A stretch of DNA of 60,176 nt from a virus. The stretch lies in IMG/VR virus record IMGVR_UViG_3300027805_000002. One strand, 5' to 3'. Shown here piece after piece: positions 8,194 to 16,240 of the stretch. Numbering within the stretch: the first letter of the stretch is position 1; each line of letters starts with the position of its first letter. The notes under the pieces were generated by a model that saw only the letters and a list, made by a program, of their open reading frames with translations, had not been told where the DNA came from and did not search any database. A program made the translations under genes and the position numbers.

Positions 8194-8937
8194 ATGAACC
8201 GAGACTACGGCAAGAAGTTGCAGCCCACCCAAAAGATGGCGGAGGGCGGCAGTGTCGGTCTATTGGAGCGCCTGCGGGCCGGGAATGTCGACGAGCCCGG
8301 GTCCGAGGCCAATATGCGCTGGGGGTCAGGCAAGAAGGCGATGGACGCCGCCGTTGCCGCCGAGCAGGCCAGCCGCGCCCCTCTGCCGAGCGCCGAGGAC
8401 AACATGCGGGCAGTGCGCGACTCGATCGCCGCTGACGCGCCCAAGATGTCCGAGTCAGAGAGGAACAAGTTCGTCGATGCCAACGCCTCCCCGGCCGGCG
8501 CTGACGCACTTGAGGACAACGACCCCCTCAGCAAGGTCATGAAGCCCGCGGCCGCTGCCGCCGCCCCTGCCCCTGCCCCCGCAAAGCGCCGCAAGGCCCC
8601 TCCCGCTGCAACGGGCGGCGCTGCTGGTGGGCTCGCCTCTGGCCTGAAGTACGGCCGAGATAGCGCTTTGGAAGCTCGTGCTTCGGCGCCTGCGCCTGAT
8701 AAGCAGACCATCGAAATCACTGGCAAGCGTGTCCCCAAGGATTCTTCTTCCATGTCCTTGGCCGAGCGCATGTCTGCTTCTCGCGAACGTGCCCGCCTTG
8801 GCGCATCTGAGACCGACAGCAGGCCTATTGGGCAAAGGCTCAGGGAGGCGCTTGGCCTGAAGGACGGCGGCATGGTGAAGGGCTACGCCAAGGGCGGCAT
8901 GGTCTCGGACGGCCGCAGCTACGGGAAGAAGTGCTGA
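8194..8937 (+). CDS. hypothetical Ala/Pro-rich, probably disordered head-module protein
   Basis: Track ORF lying between the portal and scaffold genes. The composition is low-complexity. Confidence 0.5.
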   Translation: MNRDYGKKLQPTQKMAEGGSVGLLERLRAGNVDEPGSEANMRWGSGKKAMDAAVAAEQASRAPLPSAEDNMRAVRDSIAADAPKMSESERNKFVDANASPAGADALEDNDPLSKVMKPAAAAAAPAPAPAKRRKAPPAATGGAAGGLASGLKYGRDSALEARASAPAPDKQTIEITGKRVPKDSSSMSLAERMSASRERARLGASETDSRPIGQRLREALGLKDGGMVKGYAKGGMVSDGRSYGKKC

Positions 8938-8938
8938 C

Positions 8939-9175
8939 GTGACCAACCCACCCGTCGAGGTCCTTCAGGCCATTGGCCGCCTGAACGCCAACTCCGACTT
9001 CAAGCGGATGTTGGCGTGGCTCGACGAACAGAAATCAACAGCTGTCGAGAGTCTTCTCGACCAGCACCTAGAGCATCGTGTGCTGCACAAACAGGGCTAT
9101 GCCCTGTGCATGCACGACATCCTGCGGGTCTTTGAATCCGCGTCCGTCGCGCTGGAACGCCACGCCAGCGTGTAG
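8939..9175 (+). CDS. hypothetical protein
   Basis: Track ORF with a GTG start 2 nt after the preceding stop. Confidence 0.45.
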   Translation: MTNPPVEVLQAIGRLNANSDFKRMLAWLDEQKSTAVESLLDQHLEHRVLHKQGYALCMHDILRVFESASVALERHASV

Positions 9176-9275
9176 CCGTGAATACCCGTACAGAGGCAAC
9201 AGCTGTGAACTGCGAACACCGGAATCGGCTCGCACAAAGCACGCTCACCCTTGAGTCGGGCTCAGGAGAAATTTG

Positions 9276-10208
9276 ATGGCAATCCCCAGAGCAGTTCGAG
9301 AAGCAGGAGAGCGCGCAGAGGCGCTTCATCAGCAGATGTACGGGAACACCGGCGAACAGCCGACTCCTGAGCAGACCGCTGCACCTGTGGTCGACGCGCC
9401 GCCTCCTCAGGTTCAGGATGTTCAGCCCGTGGCTACCACGCCTCAGGCCGAAGCTCCTGCGCAGCCGTCAGGCGAGGAGAATTGGGAAGTCAAGTACAAG
9501 GTCTTGAACGGCAAGTACTCTGCCGAAGTCCCTCGCCTCGCGGAGCAAGTCCGCGAACTGAAGGACCAGATCAAGGCCTTGAGCGAGAAGCCGGCCCCAG
9601 AGCCGGAGGTGGTCGTCAAGAACAAGCTGACCCCCGAACAGGTGGTTGAGCAGTTCGGCGAGGACTTCGCCTCCGCTGTCGGGTCTTTGGCTTCGCAGAT
9701 CGCAGAGCAGAGGACTGCCAAGCTGCGTGAAGAGTTGGCTCCTAAGGTCGAACAGGCCGCGGAGACAGCAATTCGCTCAGCACGGGCCGACTTCTTCCGC
9801 GGTCTGGAGGCGCTTGTGCCGGAATTTAGGCAAATCGACGAAGAGGACGGGTTCACCCTGTTCCTCGACGAAGTTGACCCGATGTCTGGGCGCCCGCGAC
9901 GCGACTTCTTCAACGACGCAAACCACAGCAATGACGCCGCCCGTGTGGCTCGCTTCTTTTCGGCCTACCGGGGACTCAAATCCCAACCCGCCCAGCAGCC
10001 TGTTGCTATGCCCTCGATCGAGGCCCAGATCGCCCCCGACTCATCCCGCTCCGCGCCCTCTACCCCTCCGGGGAAGAAGTTGTGGACCCGGGCAGAGATC
10101 GGTCGGTTTTATGAGGCCGTACGTCGCGGAGCGTACTCAGAGCAGGACTACGGGCGAATCGAGTCCGACATCTTTGCGGCACAGCGAGAAAACCGCGTAG
10201 CCGCCTGA
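9276..10208 (+). CDS. scaffolding protein (probable)
   Basis: The ATG has an AGGAGA SD. The protein is helical, E/Q/A-rich and about 310 aa, directly upstream of the coat gene. Confidence 0.55.
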   Translation: MAIPRAVREAGERAEALHQQMYGNTGEQPTPEQTAAPVVDAPPPQVQDVQPVATTPQAEAPAQPSGEENWEVKYKVLNGKYSAEVPRLAEQVRELKDQIKALSEKPAPEPEVVVKNKLTPEQVVEQFGEDFASAVGSLASQIAEQRTAKLREELAPKVEQAAETAIRSARADFFRGLEALVPEFRQIDEEDGFTLFLDEVDPMSGRPRRDFFNDANHSNDAARVARFFSAYRGLKSQPAQQPVAMPSIEAQIAPDSSRSAPSTPPGKKLWTRAEIGRFYEAVRRGAYSEQDYGRIESDIFAAQRENRVAA

Positions 10209-10218
10209 AAGGTAAATC

Positions 10219-11151
10219 ATGTCTATCGCAGTCAATTCCGGCTACTACGGTGCCGGCACCACCGACGGCTACAAGGCCACCGCCAAGTTCATCCCCGACA
10301 TCTGGTCGGGCAAGCTGCAAGTCAAGTACTACGCAGCGACCTGCATCAGCGAGATCACCAACAACGATTGGGAAGGTGAGATCAAGGATCAGGGCGACAA
10401 GGTCATCATTCGCTCGGTGCCGAACATCACGATTCGGGATTACACCAAGGGCCTGTCTCTGACCTCTGAAGTCCCCAGCAGCACCCCGATCGAGCTGAAC
10501 ATCGACAAGGGCAAGTACTTCCAAGTCGTCATCGACGACGTGGATGCTGTCCAGACCGATGTGCGTCTGATGAACGCGTTCACCGACGACGCGTCTGAGC
10601 AGATGAAGATCACGATCGAGAAGGATGTTTTCGCGAACATCGCCACCGACGTCGCCTCGACCAACAAGGGCAACACCGCTGGCGCGATCTCGACGACCAT
10701 TCAGCTTGGCGCAGCTGGCACCCCGGTCTCCATTACCAAGGTCAACGTCATCGACTACGTCGTTGACATGGGTCTGGTGCTGGACGAAGCCAATGTGCCC
10801 GAGACCGGCCGCTGGCTCCTGATCCCCTCGGCCATGGCCGCCCGGATCAAGAAGTCCGACCTCAAGGACGCCTCGGTAATGGGCGACAGTCAGTCTGCCC
10901 TGCGCAACGGCCGCCTCGGCATGATCGATCGGTTCATGGTCTATTCGACCAACAACCTCGTGCCGGCTGCTGGCGTCTACAACATCTTCGCTGGCGTGAA
11001 GGACGGCATCAGCTGGGCTTCGCAGATCACGAAGGTCGAGACGCTGCGCTCCACCGCGACGTTCGGAGACATCGTTCGCGGCCTGAACGTGTACGGCTTC
11101 AAGGTCACCAAGCCTGAAGCTCTGTGCATGGGCGTGGTCACGATGGGCTGA
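10219..11151 (+). CDS. major capsid protein, P22-coat-like
   Basis: The N-terminal pattern FIPDIWSGKLQVKYYAATCISEITNNDWEGEIKDQGDKVIIRSVPNITIRDY is typical of the P22 coat family. A stem-loop follows the gene. Confidence 0.8.
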   Translation: MSIAVNSGYYGAGTTDGYKATAKFIPDIWSGKLQVKYYAATCISEITNNDWEGEIKDQGDKVIIRSVPNITIRDYTKGLSLTSEVPSSTPIELNIDKGKYFQVVIDDVDAVQTDVRLMNAFTDDASEQMKITIEKDVFANIATDVASTNKGNTAGAISTTIQLGAAGTPVSITKVNVIDYVVDMGLVLDEANVPETGRWLLIPSAMAARIKKSDLKDASVMGDSQSALRNGRLGMIDRFMVYSTNNLVPAAGVYNIFAGVKDGISWASQITKVETLRSTATFGDIVRGLNVYGFKVTKPEALCMGVVTMG

Positions 11152-11158
11152 TCCTAGT

Positions 11159-11174
11159 GGGGGCTTCGGCCCCC
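11159..11174 (+). terminator. GC stem with UUCG tetraloop after the coat gene (attenuator or stabiliser; weak U tract)
   Basis: The sequence is GGGGGCttcgGCCCCC. Confidence 0.4.
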
Positions 11175-11208
11175 GCTATGTTCTCAACACACTGAGGAGA
11201 AGCACATC

Positions 11209-11574
11209 ATGGCACTTACGAACGAAATGGTCTCAGCCGGCCTCCAGAGCACTCGCGCACTAGCCATCAACGGCAGCGTGGCGACTGCGCTGACTGCCGC
11301 TGGATCGAACCAAGCCACCGCCCTTGCTCTGGGCGCCGCAACGAACGTCTTCGGCACCGTGGCCGCCTCGACCGGAGCCCGCCTCCCGGTGGGCAACCTC
11401 GGCGACGAGGTGTTTGTGCGCAATGCTGGCGCCAACGCTTTGGCCGTCTACCCCCCGGTGGGCGGGACGGTCAACGGCGGGGCGACCAACGCTGCGGACG
11501 GCACGGCACTCGCCGCGGCAGCCTCGTACCGCTACAAGTGCGTGTCGGCTAACGGACTGGCTTGGGTCCGCTGA
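11209..11574 (+). CDS. hypothetical small Ala/Gly-rich virion protein (possible decoration protein)
   Basis: Strong AGGAG SD. The gene is bracketed by two UUCG-loop hairpins right after the coat gene. Confidence 0.5.
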   Translation: MALTNEMVSAGLQSTRALAINGSVATALTAAGSNQATALALGAATNVFGTVAASTGARLPVGNLGDEVFVRNAGANALAVYPPVGGTVNGGATNAADGTALAAAASYRYKCVSANGLAWVR

Positions 11575-11579
11575 CCGGG

Positions 11580-11600
11580 CAGGGGCTTCGGCCCCTGTTT
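11580..11600 (+). terminator. Intrinsic terminator-like hairpin (CAGGGGCttcgGCCCCTG followed by TTT)
   Basis: Direct reading. Confidence 0.5.
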
Positions 11601-11625
11601 CCATTCAACCAAACAAAGGCAGGGC

Positions 11626-11829
11626 ATGAAGTACTTGCGCAGGCAATCCGACGGGTCGGTGTTTATCTTCAACGAGATCCTTGGCCAGAGGAAAGACTTT
11701 GATGTCTTCGACTCTCGCAACCCACCGCCCGAGAAGATTGATAACCTGCTTGAGTACATGGCCGAGCAGAACGAAGCTAAGCGCACCCGTCGCGCTAAGG
11801 CAGAAGAAGAGACTGCTGGGGTAGCCTGA
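11626..11829 (+). CDS. hypothetical protein
   Basis: Track ORF, 67 aa, with compact spacing to its neighbours. Confidence 0.45.
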   Translation: MKYLRRQSDGSVFIFNEILGQRKDFDVFDSRNPPPEKIDNLLEYMAEQNEAKRTRRAKAEEETAGVA

Positions 11830-11830
11830 C

Positions 11831-12472
11831 ATGGCGCTGCTGTCGTCCTTCACTCCGCGCATTGCCTACAGGGTCGACGGCTGCCCAGACATCACCATCG
11901 AGCAGGCGGTCTTGGACTCCTGCATCGACTTTTGCGAGCGCACCCACATCATTCGCCAGACCCTCGACCCCGTGACCACAGTTGTTGGCGTCAAGGAGGT
12001 CGAGCTTGATTTGCCGCCGGGCACAAGGCTGGCCAACATCATCAAGGTGTGGGTCGATGACCGTGAGATAGAAGCCACCTCCGAAGAGGAGGTCGGCACT
12101 CCTCTTGCCCATGTCGATTCCGTGCCCGGCGTCGAGTCAACGAACTCTGTGCCGGCTTGGTACATCGAGTCAACGCCCGGCTCGATCCGGCTATTCCCGG
12201 GGCCCGACAAGGCCTACACGGTGACAGTCAGGGCCGCACTCAAGCCATCCAGAGCCGCCACCTCGGTCGACGACATCCTGTTTGAGAACTGGATGAACGC
12301 GATCGTGGAGGGCGCTCTGGCAAGGCTCTACTTGATGCCGGAAGTCTGGGCCAACCCGGGCCTCGCGGCCGCAAGCGCAAAGGCGTTCCTTGCCTTCGCC
12401 TCATCTGCCTCCGCCGAGTCCCGGCAGGGCCGCGGGCGCGGAGAGATGCGGATTCGTCCGGTGTGGATATAG
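11831..12472 (+). CDS. hypothetical virion protein (possible head-completion or adaptor protein)
   Basis: Track ORF. The suggestion rests on position between the head and lysis/tail genes only. Confidence 0.4.
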   Translation: MALLSSFTPRIAYRVDGCPDITIEQAVLDSCIDFCERTHIIRQTLDPVTTVVGVKEVELDLPPGTRLANIIKVWVDDREIEATSEEEVGTPLAHVDSVPGVESTNSVPAWYIESTPGSIRLFPGPDKAYTVTVRAALKPSRAATSVDDILFENWMNAIVEGALARLYLMPEVWANPGLAAASAKAFLAFASSASAESRQGRGRGEMRIRPVWI

Positions 12473-12481
12473 GGGACTGAA

Positions 12482-12967
12482 ATGGGCGACCTTATCGGCG
12501 GCGGACTTCTCGGCAGCGTATTCGGGGGTCTGTTCCGGATCGCCCCAGAGTTGCTCAAGTTCTTTGACCGCAAGAACGAGCGGCAGCACGAGCTCGCCAT
12601 GTTCACCCTCCAGACCGATCTGGAGAAGGTCAAAGGCCAAAACCGCCTCGAAGAGAAGTACGTCGAGCACTCGACAGAGCAGCTGATGGCGATTCAGGAG
12701 GCGTTCAAGGAGCAGGCTGAGACCGCCAAGTCCGCAGGCAAGGTTGTTGCTGCCATCTCCGCCCTAGTGCGGCCCGGCATCACGTGGGCCCTGTTCGGCA
12801 TGTATGCCGTGGTGAAGGCGGCCGGGCTGACTCTGGCAGTGAATTCTGGTGCGCCGTGGACCGAGGTCGTGCTCAAGGGCTGGACCATCGATGACTTCGC
12901 CATGCTGAACATGGTGATCTCGTTCTGGTTTGTCGGCAGAGCCATCGAGAAGTACCAGAAGCAATGA
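12482..12967 (+). CDS. holin (probable)
   Basis: Hydrophobic segments VVAAISALVRPGITWALFGMYAVV and FAMLNMVISFWFVGRAI. The gene overlaps the endolysin start (ATGA). Confidence 0.55.
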   Translation: MGDLIGGGLLGSVFGGLFRIAPELLKFFDRKNERQHELAMFTLQTDLEKVKGQNRLEEKYVEHSTEQLMAIQEAFKEQAETAKSAGKVVAAISALVRPGITWALFGMYAVVKAAGLTLAVNSGAPWTEVVLKGWTIDDFAMLNMVISFWFVGRAIEKYQKQ

Positions 12968-13434
12968 TCCCGGATGCCGTCCGACTTGCAACCGACGCCC
13001 TCATCAAGCCGTTCGAGGGCTACCACCGGATGCTTCATGACGGCCGCTGCCAGTCTTACCCAGACCCCGGGACAGGCGACAGGCCTTGGACCATCGGCTG
13101 GGGCAGCACGGGACCCGACATCAGCCCCGGGACGATTTGGAGTCGGGAGGCTGCGGAGGCCCGCCTCTGGCGCGACGTCACCACGTTTGCCACAGCTGTT
13201 GCGAGACTTTCGCCGGGAATCCTCGCTGAGCCTGACCGGCGTTTCGCGGCCATCATTTCCTTCGCCTACAACTGCGGCCTCGGCAACTACCGGATCAGCA
13301 CCCTCAAGCGCAGGGTAGACGCTAAGGATTGGCCGGGAGCGCAAGAGCAGATCGTCCGCTGGAACAAGGCGGCCGGCCGAGTCCTCCCCGGCCTGACTCG
13401 CAGGCGAAAGATGGAGGCCCTCATGCTGGCCTGA
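12964..13434 (+). CDS. endolysin, GH24 lysozyme family
   Basis: FEGY...PDPGTGDRPWTIGWGST...FAYNCG...VLPGLTRRRKMEALM matches the lambda R / T4 E-type lysozyme pattern. Confidence 0.85.
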   Translation: MIPDAVRLATDALIKPFEGYHRMLHDGRCQSYPDPGTGDRPWTIGWGSTGPDISPGTIWSREAAEARLWRDVTTFATAVARLSPGILAEPDRRFAAIISFAYNCGLGNYRISTLKRRVDAKDWPGAQEQIVRWNKAAGRVLPGLTRRRKMEALMLA

Positions 13435-13501
13435 AGCAATACGCAAAGCAGTCAAAACACACCCTCAAAGGTAAACTTCACCCTGTAGCTAGGAGGCCGA
13501 G

Positions 13502-14221
13502 ATGCCTATTACCGCCCAGTCCATCGTTCGCCGTGCGTTCGATGTCATTCAAGACACCACAGCTGTGCGCTGGCCTACGAACGAGCTCGTCCGCTGGCTC
13601 AACGATGCCCAGCGCGAGGTTGCGATGTACCGCCCGGACGCCATGTCCACGAACACGACGATGACCTGCGTTGCAGGATCGAAGCAGTCGATCGCGGCCC
13701 TGAGTCCGGTTGGCACAAAGCTGATCAATATCGTGAAGAACTCAGCCGGCGCCGGGACAAAGAGAGCGGTGCGCCTGATTGAGCGCGAAGTTCTCGACTC
13801 ACAGAACCCGACGTGGCATGCGCAGACTGGCGCTATCGACTCGGTCCACTACATGTTCGACCCGCGGGACCCAAAGACCTTCTACGTCTACCCGCCCGCC
13901 TTGGTGACAACCCAGTTGGACATCGTGTACTCGGCGCTACCAACCGACGTGGTGGAGCCTGCGAACGGCGCCGACTACACAGCTGTGAGCGGGAACATCG
14001 GCGTCCCCGACATCTTCGCGAACGCGATCCTCGACTACATCCTGTACCGCGCTTACAGCAAGGACAGCGAGTACGCAGGGAACGCCACCCGAGCATCAGC
14101 CCACTACCAAGCCTTTGCGAACAGCATGGGAGTGGAGGTGAAGGGTCTCGCGTCCTCTGCGCCGACGCTGCCCGGCGCTACGTTCAACCCTAACGCCGCC
14201 AAGATGGCAGCGGCTGCGTAA
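13502..14221 (+). CDS. hypothetical virion protein (possible head-tail adaptor)
   Basis: AGGAGG SD and 239 aa. The functional guess is weak. Confidence 0.45.
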   Translation: MPITAQSIVRRAFDVIQDTTAVRWPTNELVRWLNDAQREVAMYRPDAMSTNTTMTCVAGSKQSIAALSPVGTKLINIVKNSAGAGTKRAVRLIEREVLDSQNPTWHAQTGAIDSVHYMFDPRDPKTFYVYPPALVTTQLDIVYSALPTDVVEPANGADYTAVSGNIGVPDIFANAILDYILYRAYSKDSEYAGNATRASAHYQAFANSMGVEVKGLASSAPTLPGATFNPNAAKMAAAA

Positions 14222-14224
14222 CCA

Positions 14225-14353
14225 ATGCCAGACACACCAACTGAGACCGTTGCGGTGACAGCTACTGTCACGCACACCGAGACGCAGCTTGGGCTTCAAT
14301 CAAACGAAACCCAGACTGTGACCGTGACCACCGTAGTTGACGGCGAGCCGTAG
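14225..14353 (+). CDS. small Thr/Val-rich ORF (42 aa), below the track cut-off
   Basis: My translation is MPDTPTETVAVTATVTHTETQLGLQSNETQTVTVTTVVDGEP. It fills an otherwise empty 170-nt gap. Confidence 0.3.
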   Translation: MPDTPTETVAVTATVTHTETQLGLQSNETQTVTVTTVVDGEP

Positions 14354-14391
14354 TCGCCGCCTTGTTCTAGCCACCATCCAAAGGAACCATC

Positions 14392-14793
14392 ATGGCAAGC
14401 GCAATCTACCCGAAGTTCAAGGAAGCCATCCTCCAAGCCACTGCCAACTCATCGTTGGGTGGAACGGTCAAGGTGGCACTTGTTGACACCGGCACCTACA
14501 CCTACAGCGCCGCGCACGAGTTCTACTCGTCGCTGACCGGCATCGTCGGCCCTGCTCAGGCATCCCAGCCCACCCTCGCCACCAAGACCTTCGTGAACGG
14601 TCTGTTCGACGCGCAAGACGTCACCTTTACGGGCGTCAGCGGCGTATCGGTCGAGGCGCTGGTGATCTACGTCGACACCGGCACGGCGGGCACTTCGCGT
14701 CTGGTCGCCTTCGTCGACTCGTTCACGGCGGTGACCCCGAACGGCGGCGACATCACCATCACTTGGAACGCCAGCGGCATCTTCCAACTGTAA
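14392..14793 (+). CDS. hypothetical tail-module protein
   Basis: Track ORF preceded by an AGGAA SD. Confidence 0.5.
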   Translation: MASAIYPKFKEAILQATANSSLGGTVKVALVDTGTYTYSAAHEFYSSLTGIVGPAQASQPTLATKTFVNGLFDAQDVTFTGVSGVSVEALVIYVDTGTAGTSRLVAFVDSFTAVTPNGGDITITWNASGIFQL

Positions 14794-14975
14794 TGGACGT
14801 CCTCCTGATCCGTGACGGGGTAGTCGAGAACTGCATCTGCGCCGACTCGGTGGCGCGGGCGCAGGAGTTCTACCCCGACCACATCTGCATCGAGCGCGAC
14901 GAGGCGCTGCAAGCGTTTGGGCCGGGTGATCTGTACGACGGCACGAACTTCAGCAAGCGGGAGGTGCAGCCATGA
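14793..14975 (+). CDS. hypothetical small protein
   Basis: The ATG overlaps the preceding TAA (TAATG). The track ORF 14763..14975 starts further upstream. Confidence 0.45.
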   Translation: MDVLLIRDGVVENCICADSVARAQEFYPDHICIERDEALQAFGPGDLYDGTNFSKREVQP

Positions 14976-15892
14976 TCGGCGGGCCTGTACTGCGTCAGCA
15001 TGTCGTGGAGTTCATCCGAGGCACCGGGGTGCGAACGGATGGCGTTGTAGACGCCACCTCTACCAACGGGCCGTGGACTTGGGCGGTGCCCAGTGGCGTG
15101 GCGCAATTGTTCGTCACCGGATGCGGAGCCGGTTCTGGTGGGCAAGGTGGCACCAACAACGCGACAGCGTCTGGCGGCGGGGGTGGCGGCGGATCGGGAA
15201 TGTGCGTCGTCAACCTGCCGATAGACGTTATTCCCGGGGTGCAACTCACGGTCACTGTGGGACAAGGCGGTGCGGGCGGGACGCCGACAGTGCAGGCCGG
15301 GGTTGGCGAGAACACCTCTATTTCGCCTGTCATTGCGCCCATAGGCAACATCAACTCCACGACATTTGTGCTGTTGGGCGGCGCAACCACTGGAACTTCT
15401 ACAACAAACAATGGAAGAGCGGGCAGTTCAGGAGGCGGCAATCTGGTTGGCCCCGGTGGTGGTGGAACGGCTTCCGGCACACCAACTGCGGGCCTCAACA
15501 ACGGCGATGGTTCCGTCAATTCTTTTTGGTATGCGTTGGGGGGCGCTGGTGGAGGCGCGGCAAACACTACGGCTTCCGGTGCGGGCGCGAATGGTGGTTC
15601 TAATTCGTCTTTTCGTATTGGGTCATGGGCGTACCTTGCCGCAGGGGCATCAGTAGCATCAGGTGGTACAGGCGGCACTAACGGAACTACGATTTCGTAC
15701 GGCGGCGGCGGTGCCGGAGCATTGAGTCTTTGGGGTAACGGCGGCAACGGCGGCGGCAACGTTAGCGGCACCAGCCAGAACGGCACCAACGCCACGGGCT
15801 ACGGCGCAGGCGGTGGTGGGGGTGGGGGCAGCGGCAACGGCGGCAACGGCTCAGATGGCTACTTGCGCTTCGTCTACTGGAGGGCCGACTAA
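14972..15892 (+). CDS. glycine-rich tail fibre-like protein
   Basis: GGGAGG SD. Poly-Gly tracts (GGGGGGGSG, GGGGGGGSGNGGNGSDG) are typical of glycine-rich phage fibre proteins. Confidence 0.6.
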   Translation: MIGGPVLRQHVVEFIRGTGVRTDGVVDATSTNGPWTWAVPSGVAQLFVTGCGAGSGGQGGTNNATASGGGGGGGSGMCVVNLPIDVIPGVQLTVTVGQGGAGGTPTVQAGVGENTSISPVIAPIGNINSTTFVLLGGATTGTSTTNNGRAGSSGGGNLVGPGGGGTASGTPTAGLNNGDGSVNSFWYALGGAGGGAANTTASGAGANGGSNSSFRIGSWAYLAAGASVASGGTGGTNGTTISYGGGGAGALSLWGNGGNGGGNVSGTSQNGTNATGYGAGGGGGGGSGNGGNGSDGYLRFVYWRAD

Positions 15893-16240
15893 ATGGCTAT
15901 CTCCGAAGCATTCTCTGGCTCTGCCTCGATCAGCACGACCGAGTACGACCTCCCGAGCGCCAGCACCACGGTGTCGTCGCAGACCAGCGACGGCATCTTT
16001 CAGGTGTTCCTCGATTTGTCTGCGCTGACAGCCACGGAGTCCTACCGTTTGCGCATCTACGAGAAGACCCGCAGCGTCAGTACGCGGCGGATCGTGGATG
16101 AGATCGTCATCTCGGGCGCACAGGCCGAGCCGGTCTACGTCACCCCCGCGCTGCTGATGATGCACGGCTGGACGATGACGCTGACCAAACTGCAAGGCAC
16201 CGACCGCACCATCGAGTGGTCGATCAGACAGGTGGCGTAA
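15893..16240 (+). CDS. hypothetical protein
   Basis: Track ORF, tightly packed between fibre genes. Confidence 0.45.
   Translation: MAISEAFSGSASISTTEYDLPSASTTVSSQTSDGIFQVFLDLSALTATESYRLRIYEKTRSVSTRRIVDEIVISGAQAEPVYVTPALLMMHGWTMTLTKLQGTDRTIEWSIRQVA

Noticed and set aside
8205-8946. Long antisense ORFs (8205..8873 -, 8455..8946 -) opposite gene 8194..8937
   Set aside because: They are low-complexity shadow frames of an Ala/Pro-rich gene. The plus frame has the SD and fits the operon direction.
14995-15795. 266-aa minus ORF and the plus ORF 14917..15603 inside the Gly-rich fibre gene
   Set aside because: Poly-GGN DNA gives open Pro-rich and Arg/Trp-rich frames. Only the 14972..15892 frame has an SD and start-stop coupling.
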